Part shown: positions 57,776 through 64,000 of the stretch, in pieces
Numbering within the stretch: position 1 is the stretch's first letter
Layout of the letters: the number at the start of each line of letters is the position of its first letter
Source: Spirochaetia bacterium
GTDB lineage: Bacteria > Spirochaetota > Spirochaetia > UBA9216
NCBI GenBank assembly: GCA_963677925.2
Contig: CAXXYH010000004.1
Coordinates: forward strand, 736,001 to 800,000
Reading direction: 5' to 3'
DNA: 64,000 nucleotides
The notes under the pieces: generated by a model
Seen by the model: the letters and a program-made list of their open reading frames with translations, nothing else
Database searches by the model: none
Told to the model about the DNA's origin: nothing
Program-made: the position numbers and the translations under genes

Positions 57776-59224
57776 ATGAAAGACAGTTATGAACTGTGGA
57801 TTAATGGAGGCTGGGTGCCCTCCAGAGGAAAGGACAGGATTGATGTTATCAACCCTGCCACCGGTCAAAAGTTTCAGAGCGTACCAGATGCAGCGGTTTC
57901 TGATTTTGAATCAGCTGTTGCTGCGGCGGAAAAAGCCTTTTATGAAGGGCCCTGGAGCGAGAGCACACCGGCCGAACGTTCCGGAATAATCTGGAAGATG
58001 GCAGATCTTATCGAAAAATACTCCGACGAACTTGCAGCGCTTGAGACCGAAAATACCGGAAAGCCGCTGGAATATCAATGCAAGGCAGTTGATATTCATG
58101 ATTCAATCGACAACTTCAGGTATTATGCAACCCTTGCAAGAGATACGCATGGTATTGCCTCAGGTCAGTATGTTAAAGGTCTTACCCATGTTTTCCGCCA
58201 TGAACCTGTAGGAGTTGTCGGCCAGATAACACCCTGGAATTATCCATTTCAGATGGCCGCCTGGAAGATCGGCCCGGCCCTTGCGGCAGGCTGCACAATA
58301 ATTATGAAACCTGCTTCAAATACGCCCCTGTCCACTCTTCGTCTTGGAGAGATTGCAAAGGAGGCAGGCCTTCCCGACGGTGTTCTTAATATAGTAACCG
58401 GGCGCGGTGCAAAAGCTGAGGTCCTTGCGACTCATCCGGCAGTACGCCTTGTAAGCCTTACCGGTTCAACCGGAACCGGACGGAGAATTATGGAGCTTGC
58501 TTCCGGAACGATGAAGCGTACCCATATGGAGCTGGGTGGAAAGGCTCCTGTTGTTGTTTTTGAAGATGCCGATATCGCAAAGGTTGCTGAAACTGCTGTT
58601 CTGGGCGGAACCTTTAACGCCGGCCAGGACTGTACCGCGGCAACCAGAATCTACGTTCATGAAGGCCGGTATAAGCAGCTGCTGGAGGCTGTCACTGCCG
58701 CAGCAGAGGCTGTGAAAGTCGGAGATCCGCTGAATCCTGAAACAGAAGTCGGGCCTCTCATCAGCTCAAAACAGCTTGAGCGAGTTTCCGGCTTTGTCGA
58801 GCGTGCAAAATCTGCAGGTGCCAGAGTCCTGACCGGCGGACGGAAAATGTCCGAACTTGGAAGCGGATACTTCTATGCGCCGACAGTTATTGCAGATGCA
58901 AAGCAGGGTTCAGAGATTATCCAGGAGGAGGTCTTCGGGCCTGTTCTGACAATCAATACATTTAAGGACGAGGCAGAGGCTGTGAGGCTTGGGAATGATG
59001 TCGTCTACGGCTTGGCTGCATCGGTATGGACCGCTGATGTTGCCCGTGCAATGAGGGTTTCCCATAAGCTGGAGTTCGGAACCGTATGGGTTAATAATCA
59101 TCTTATTGTGGCTTCAGAAGCTCCTCACGGCGGATTCAAGCAGTCCGGCTTTGGAAAGGAGCTTTCACTTGAAGCTGTCAGCGAATACCTTGTCACCAAG
59201 AATATCGCTATTACTACCGAATAG
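57776..59224 (+). CDS. NAD-dependent aldehyde dehydrogenase (4-aminobutyraldehyde / betaine-aldehyde type, PatD/YdcW-like)
   Basis: ITPWNYP, LTGSTGTG, MELGGKAP, NAGQDCTAATR, EEVFGPV and PHGGFKQSGFG. ATG 57776 after AAAGGAG. Confidence 0.92.
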   Translation: MKDSYELWINGGWVPSRGKDRIDVINPATGQKFQSVPDAAVSDFESAVAAAEKAFYEGPWSESTPAERSGIIWKMADLIEKYSDELAALETENTGKPLEYQCKAVDIHDSIDNFRYYATLARDTHGIASGQYVKGLTHVFRHEPVGVVGQITPWNYPFQMAAWKIGPALAAGCTIIMKPASNTPLSTLRLGEIAKEAGLPDGVLNIVTGRGAKAEVLATHPAVRLVSLTGSTGTGRRIMELASGTMKRTHMELGGKAPVVVFEDADIAKVAETAVLGGTFNAGQDCTAATRIYVHEGRYKQLLEAVTAAAEAVKVGDPLNPETEVGPLISSKQLERVSGFVERAKSAGARVLTGGRKMSELGSGYFYAPTVIADAKQGSEIIQEEVFGPVLTINTFKDEAEAVRLGNDVVYGLAASVWTADVARAMRVSHKLEFGTVWVNNHLIVASEAPHGGFKQSGFGKELSLEAVSEYLVTKNIAITTE

Positions 59225-59231
59225 AATAAAT

Positions 59232-59271
59232 AAAAAGCCGGGCTGAGGAGTTCCTCTTCCCGGCTTTTTTT
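59232..59271. terminator. Bidirectional terminator
   Basis: AAAAAGCCGGG..GAGG-AGTT-CCTC..CCCGGCTTTTTTT. Confidence 0.85.
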
Positions 59272-59288
59272 GATTCTGCGGAATAGAA

Positions 59289-60500
59289 TTATTTCGCAAA
59301 CTTCATTGCTTCAAGTGCGAATACCTTTTCTTCGTCAGTCGGAATTACCCAGGCCTTGAGTCCGGGGATAAGACCGCTTTCGGCTACAATGACTTCCTCG
59401 TTTCTGGCCATGATTGTATTTTCATCAATCTTCCACTTGTAGAGCTTCATGAAGCCCATTACCTTCTTTCTGAAGTAGCCTTCATTTTCACCGATTCCTC
59501 CGGTGAAGATGATTCCCTTCGGATTTTCCATTGTTCCGATATAGGCGGAAAAATATTTTGCAACACGGTATGCAACAGTCTGAATGGTTACCTCTGCCTC
59601 GATGTCTCCCTTTTCGGCCTCCATCCTTATTTTGTTCATGTCCTTGAGTCCGTTCTTGTTGTAGAGGCCCAGAAGTCCTGATTCCTTGTTGAGTATACGG
59701 ATAATTTCCTTGATGTCGGTGTTCAGGTTGTCGGCCATAAGTTCAAGAGCGCCCGGATCTATGTCGCCGCTTCTTGTTCCCATGATAAGGCCTTCGAGAG
59801 GGGTTGTTCCCATACTTGTATCGGTTCCCTTTCCGCCTTCAACCTTCGCAATTGAACATCCGTTTCCAAGATGTGCAATAACGCAGTTTGTTTCATCGGT
59901 GCTCAGGTTGTTTAGTTCGGCGAATCTGCTGCTGATGTATGTGTAGGACGCACCATGGAATCCGTAGCGCTGTATCTTGTAGTCATCGAGCCAGTGGCTT
60001 GGAACTCCGTACTGTCTTACATACCTGGGCATCTCGGCATGGAACTGGGTGTCAAAGATTGCCGCATTCGGGACCTTGCCGAAAACAGAATCGGCAAGCG
60101 CCGCCTCGATTATCTGAAGGTTGGCCGGATTGTGAAGCGGAGCGAGTGATGAGTATTCTTCAATCGATTTCATGACCTTTTCATCAATAAGTGCGGTTTC
60201 AGTAAATTCCGGTCCGCCGTGAACAACCCTGTGTCCGGCTGCTACTATGTTGAGTTCCGGATATCTCTCTGAAATGAGACTTGTAATTGCTGTCAGGGCC
60301 GTCTTATGGTCCTTCATCGGAGTGTCGATTGTTTCTTTTCCGTCAGCGGTTTTAACATCGATATAACCGTGGTCCATTCCCAGGCCCTGGCAGTTAAAGT
60401 CGACAATTGTCTCGACATCGGCGCCGTTTACTTCTTTTACTGATATTTTGATAGAGGAGCTTCCTCCGTTAAAACAGATTACATGCTGCTTCTGTGACAT
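59289..60500 (-). CDS. ackA: Acetate/propionate kinase
   Basis: NGGSSSIK, GHRVVHGG, APLHNP, RYGFHG, HLGNG, TPLEGLIMGTRSGDIDP, FTGGIGEN and PTDEE. Confidence 0.92.
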   Translation of the reverse strand: MSQKQHVICFNGGSSSIKISVKEVNGADVETIVDFNCQGLGMDHGYIDVKTADGKETIDTPMKDHKTALTAITSLISERYPELNIVAAGHRVVHGGPEFTETALIDEKVMKSIEEYSSLAPLHNPANLQIIEAALADSVFGKVPNAAIFDTQFHAEMPRYVRQYGVPSHWLDDYKIQRYGFHGASYTYISSRFAELNNLSTDETNCVIAHLGNGCSIAKVEGGKGTDTSMGTTPLEGLIMGTRSGDIDPGALELMADNLNTDIKEIIRILNKESGLLGLYNKNGLKDMNKIRMEAEKGDIEAEVTIQTVAYRVAKYFSAYIGTMENPKGIIFTGGIGENEGYFRKKVMGFMKLYKWKIDENTIMARNEEVIVAESGLIPGLKAWVIPTDEEKVFALEAMKFAK

Positions 60501-60616
60501 ATTTTTCTCCGGTCTGTGTTTGTTTTGTCTGAGTATAATATCATATTCTGGCTATAATTCCAGTTCGACATTCCGGTCTACTTGCGAAAAGCCGGAATAT
60601 TGAATACTTTTTAAGT

Positions 60617-61402
60617 ATGAACCAACTTGCTTATCAGAGAAATCCTTTTGAGGGTGCAGTGATTGCCGGAGACGATTTGAGCGGTGATGCCGGGGATTTC
60701 GGACTGAGACTTAGAAAAACAATAGACGAAATTAAAGAGCAGAATCTCCGTGTTATATGGCTGGAGATTCCCATTGAGAAATCCAATCTGATTCCGGAGG
60801 CCGTAGCTGCCGGTTTTATCTTTCATCATGCACTTGAAGACAGACTTCAGCTTACTATGACCCTTGTTGAAGGCTCATATGTTCCGCCCTTTGCTACTCA
60901 TTATATCGGAGCAGGCGGAGTTGTGATTGATTCTGAAAACAGGATTCTGGTTATCCAGGAAAAATACAGACATAACAATCGGCGTCATTACAAGCTTCCA
61001 GGCGGAACCCTCCATCAGGGAGAGCATATTGAGGAGGCTGTTGTACGTGAGGTTGAAGAAGAGACCGGCATTAAAACCCGTTTTGTTTCACTTGCCTGTT
61101 TCAGACACTGGCACGGATACAGATATGGAAAGTCTGATATCTATTTTGTGTGCAGGCTTGAGCCGCTTTCTACAGAAATTACAATTGATGAATCCGAAAT
61201 TGAAGAGGGTTTATGGATGCCGCTTGATGAATATCTTGCCAGCCCCGATACCCATGATTTTAACCGCAAGATTGTAAAAACTGCAGTAGGCGGGAAGGGG
61301 CTTGCTCCGGAGAGTATCGAGGGATACGGTACTCCGGAGACCCATGAAATGATGTTTGTTACTGAAGACCCTTCGGTGTTCCCAGAATCTCCGACCAGAT
61401 AA
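60617..61402 (+). CDS. Nudix hydrolase (NUDT6 / plant NUDT2-like with N-terminal extension)
   Basis: KLPGG...GEHIEEAVVREVEEETGI Nudix box; GFIFHHA; FATHYIGAGG; YGKSDIYFVC. Confidence 0.88.
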   Translation: MNQLAYQRNPFEGAVIAGDDLSGDAGDFGLRLRKTIDEIKEQNLRVIWLEIPIEKSNLIPEAVAAGFIFHHALEDRLQLTMTLVEGSYVPPFATHYIGAGGVVIDSENRILVIQEKYRHNNRRHYKLPGGTLHQGEHIEEAVVREVEEETGIKTRFVSLACFRHWHGYRYGKSDIYFVCRLEPLSTEITIDESEIEEGLWMPLDEYLASPDTHDFNRKIVKTAVGGKGLAPESIEGYGTPETHEMMFVTEDPSVFPESPTR

Positions 61403-61916
61403 CTGCCTTTTTCAGATCGGGCAGTCTGCTAATCCTGCCTGCAGCTGTATTTTCAGCTTCATATTCAGATTCCAAAGATTCTGAATATGTGTAGGCTTCT
61501 TTCCCGGTTTTGGCTGTCTTCAGGGCGGCCGGCTTTGCTTCAGTAGCCTCTGATGCCTGAATATCGAGCCCGAAAACGCTCTTTGTTGAAGAGTCTCCGC
61601 TGTATGCGGGGTCCTCTTTTGCAGACTCCGTCTCTACAGCGGTGTAAATCTGTTCCGGGACTTCCTGCTGACCGTTATCCCTGCCTTTAAAGGTAAAAGC
61701 ATCATCGATGTTTTTAATAAAATCCGAAAAGCCTTTTTCAAGCCCTGCTGCCGATTCTTTTCCTGTTTTCTTTTTTGCCGCATCCTGCATCTGCTTTTTA
61801 ACGGCACTGAAAGGATCAGCAGATTTACTCTGGTCTTTATTGGCCTTTTTGATAAATCTGAAAACCGAGAAGAATATTGCAATTATAAAGAAAAAAGGAA
61901 TTGATTCAAAAGCCAT
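61359..61916 (-). CDS. Hypothetical membrane-anchored protein (YqfB-like position after floA)
   Basis: N-terminal TM; C-terminal LKKAVIWSEILGTPK motif. Confidence 0.7.
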   Translation of the reverse strand: MAFESIPFFFIIAIFFSVFRFIKKANKDQSKSADPFSAVKKQMQDAAKKKTGKESAAGLEKGFSDFIKNIDDAFTFKGRDNGQQEVPEQIYTAVETESAKEDPAYSGDSSTKSVFGLDIQASEATEAKPAALKTAKTGKEAYTYSESLESEYEAENTAAGRISRLPDLKKAVIWSEILGTPKGLQ

Positions 61917-61930
61917 TATATTCCCCAGCT

Positions 61931-62917
61931 TTACTTGTCAGACTTCTTTCCGTCTTCGCTGATGCTCTGCCTCATGTCTGTATCAGCCTGAATGTTTCTG
62001 AGCCGATAATAATCCATGATGCCCAGATGCCCTTCTCTGAATGCGGCTGCAATAGCTTTTGGAATCTCGGCCTCCGCCAGAACAACCTGTGCCTGGTTTT
62101 CCTGAACCAGGGCTGACATTTCCTGCTCTCTTGCAATTGCTGCTGCTCTGCGCTGTTCCGCAACAGCCTGGAATCTGCGTTTATCTGCTTCTGCCTGATC
62201 GGCCTGAAGTTTTGCTCCGATATTATCGCCGACATCCACATCTGCTATATCGATTGAAAGAATCTCGAAAGCCGTTCCTGCATCCAGACCCTTTGCAAGT
62301 ACGGTTTTTGAAATCTTGTCAGGATTTTCAATAACATCCTTATAAGTTTCTGAACTTCCGATTGTAGTTACAATACCTTCACCGACTCTGGCTATGATTG
62401 TCTCCTCAGTGGCTCCTCCGACAAGCCTTTCTATATTGGCCCTCACGGTAACTCTGGCCTTTGCTCTCAGCTGTATTCCGTCCTTGGCCACTGCGTCAAT
62501 TGTCTGCCGGCCCTTATCAGGATTGGGGCAGTCGATTACCTTGGGGTTTACGCTGGTTTTTACCGCATCAAGTACATCACGGCCTGCCAGATCGATAGCT
62601 GCAGCCTGCTGAAAATCAAGCACGATATTTGCCTTATTTGCAGCAATAAGCGCCTTGCTTACTCTTATGACGTCACCGCCCGCCAGGTAGTGTGTTTCGA
62701 GAAGATCCGAATCTGTTGCAATACCGGCCTTTGTAAGCATAATCCGGCTGTCAACGATCTGCTTTGATTTGACCTGCCGTATCCACATTCCTATCAGGCG
62801 TCCGAGCGAGATGTGTGCACCTGAAAGCAGGGCTCTGAACCACAATCCGAAAAACTTGATAAACAGTGCAATAATTATGAGGGCTATAACCCCTGCTACG
62901 ATATAAACCAGAACCAT
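61931..62917 (-). CDS. floA: Flotillin-like protein FloA (YqfA)
   Basis: [53 protein letters not shown] and [16 protein letters not shown]. Confidence 0.93.
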   Translation of the reverse strand: MVLVYIVAGVIALIIIALFIKFFGLWFRALLSGAHISLGRLIGMWIRQVKSKQIVDSRIMLTKAGIATDSDLLETHYLAGGDVIRVSKALIAANKANIVLDFQQAAAIDLAGRDVLDAVKTSVNPKVIDCPNPDKGRQTIDAVAKDGIQLRAKARVTVRANIERLVGGATEETIIARVGEGIVTTIGSSETYKDVIENPDKISKTVLAKGLDAGTAFEILSIDIADVDVGDNIGAKLQADQAEADKRRFQAVAEQRRAAAIAREQEMSALVQENQAQVVLAEAEIPKAIAAAFREGHLGIMDYYRLRNIQADTDMRQSISEDGKKSDK

Positions 62918-63394
62918 TTAATCCTCCTTGCTTACGACAATCCTGTTGCCGTCGACTTTTTTAACAATAATTTTACTGTCTTTTTCTATATATTCACCGT
63001 TGGAAACGGCGTTTATCCGCCTGTTTTCGATAATTATCATTCCGGACGGTCTGAGGTCGGTAAGAGCAGTCCCTGACTGTCCCAGAATGCTGCTCATGTC
63101 TCCAGCTCCTGCGGTAAAGCCTTCTTCTTTTCCGAAGGTCTTCCCGAGAATCAGCCGCTTGCCGAAAAAAGTATACGGAAAAACCTTGAAGAACAGAGCT
63201 ATCAGCAGCGGAATCATTATTGCCGCAATGATGATAAAAACCGCACCAGCGGTATTGCTTATCATAAACGCGGTTACAATGGATGCAATAACCGTCCCCG
63301 CACCGACAAGGCCGACAAGCCCGAAAGCCGGTATGAAAAACTCAATAATTATAAATATTATCCCTGCCGCAAGCAGTGCTGCCGCTTTTATCAT
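62918..63394 (-). CDS. Short NfeD-family protein
   Basis: IEFFIPAFG TM region; G.ALTDLRPSG OB-fold motif. Confidence 0.85.
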   Translation of the reverse strand: MIKAAALLAAGIIFIIIEFFIPAFGLVGLVGAGTVIASIVTAFMISNTAGAVFIIIAAIMIPLLIALFFKVFPYTFFGKRLILGKTFGKEEGFTAGAGDMSSILGQSGTALTDLRPSGMIIIENRRINAVSNGEYIEKDSKIIVKKVDGNRIVVSKED

Positions 63395-64000
63395 GTCATG
63401 TCCGCCTTTGAAGCAATAATCCGGTTTCCGTTAACGCCGGTAATAATTACTACAGTTCCCTTCTCAATATATTCACCGGAAGATTCAACCGTTATAAGCT
63501 CTCCGTCAATTTCGGCCTTTCCGGCAGGGCGGAGGTCGGTCGCGGCTGTTCCCGTCTTTCCAATGAGAGCAGAGTCTGTATTCACTTTCTGAACTGTAAA
63601 GCCGGAGGCCGGCGTTTCTTCTGTTTTCAGTACAAGCCGGTTGAATACACCAATTCTGGGAAACAGCAGGAATATTACACCTACCAGAATTATCGAGCCG
63701 AGGGTTCCTATTCCTACGTTGATGATATTCTGCTTAAAAAGATCATACTGCCAGTCTACCTCCGGCAGGACAAAGTCCTGACCTGCAAGTACAAGTCCGA
63801 CCGCAATGAGCACTATTCCGCTTATTCCTGCTGCCCCGAAGCCGGGAATTATAAATATTTCGACAGCAAGAAGAGCCACTCCTGCAAGAAAAAGCAGTAT
63901 TTCAAGCGAGCCCACATTCCCGAGCATTGCATTAGAGGCAAACAGAATTGAAAAGACAATTATCGCAACGGTTCCTGGTATTCCGAAGCCCGGACTTGTA
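63391..64000 (-). CDS. Long NfeD/YqeZ-family protein, C-terminal part (runs off the window)
   Basis: Frame stays open to the window edge (TSPGFGIPG...); EIFIIPGFG; GTAATDLRPAG. Confidence 0.85.
   Translation of the reverse strand, partial: TSPGFGIPGTVAIIVFSILFASNAMLGNVGSLEILLFLAGVALLAVEIFIIPGFGAAGISGIVLIAVGLVLAGQDFVLPEVDWQYDLFKQNIINVGIGTLGSIILVGVIFLLFPRIGVFNRLVLKTEETPASGFTVQKVNTDSALIGKTGTAATDLRPAGKAEIDGELITVESSGEYIEKGTVVIITGVNGNRIIASKADMT

Noticed and set aside
60563-60604. Imperfect inverted repeat between ackA and the Nudix gene
   Set aside because: Several mismatches, no second copy noticed, and no function can be assigned.
1-64000. CRISPR arrays, IS/transposases, integrases, prophage or defence genes, tRNA/rRNA
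   Set aside because: No periodic repeat-spacer structure and no such protein or RNA signatures seen. Intergenic gaps are short and largely accounted for.

Overview
64 kb of a chromosome from an anaerobic bacterium, most likely a free-living member of Spirochaetota (inferred from the 'FASGxxE/FAGGQ' solute-binding-protein signal peptides, spirochaete-type lipoboxes and MCP style). It holds about 60 genes and I see no rRNA, tRNA, CRISPR array or mobile element. Main blocks: partial purU, an MCP, a LarA-family racemase with a tyrosine phosphatase, a CsgG-like/surface-lipoprotein pair, and a YtrA-type ABC operon; an AraC-controlled rhamnoglucoside cluster (GH78, GH1, esterase, sugar ABC); tatC-tatB-tatA joined to an FMN-binding lipoprotein and a Tat-exported FAD reductase; a second flavinylated reductase between two LysR paralogs; marR-wrbA, trxA and a two-component pair; a TRAP/uxuA/uxuB sugar-acid operon; kbl-tdh, an aldehyde dehydrogenase, ackA and nfeD-floA. 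Most notable: (1) a P3-less (tungsten-cofactor-type) Moco riboswitch whose P1 stem covers the RBS of an NAD-dependent aldehyde dehydrogenase that needs no pterin cofactor; (2) an apparently dedicated Tat plus flavinylated-reductase module whose promoter shares a TAGATAA-N4-TTATCTA palindrome with the second reductase locus; (3) a hidden twin-arginine peptide frame in the tatC leader. All calls come from reading motifs by eye; no database searches were run.
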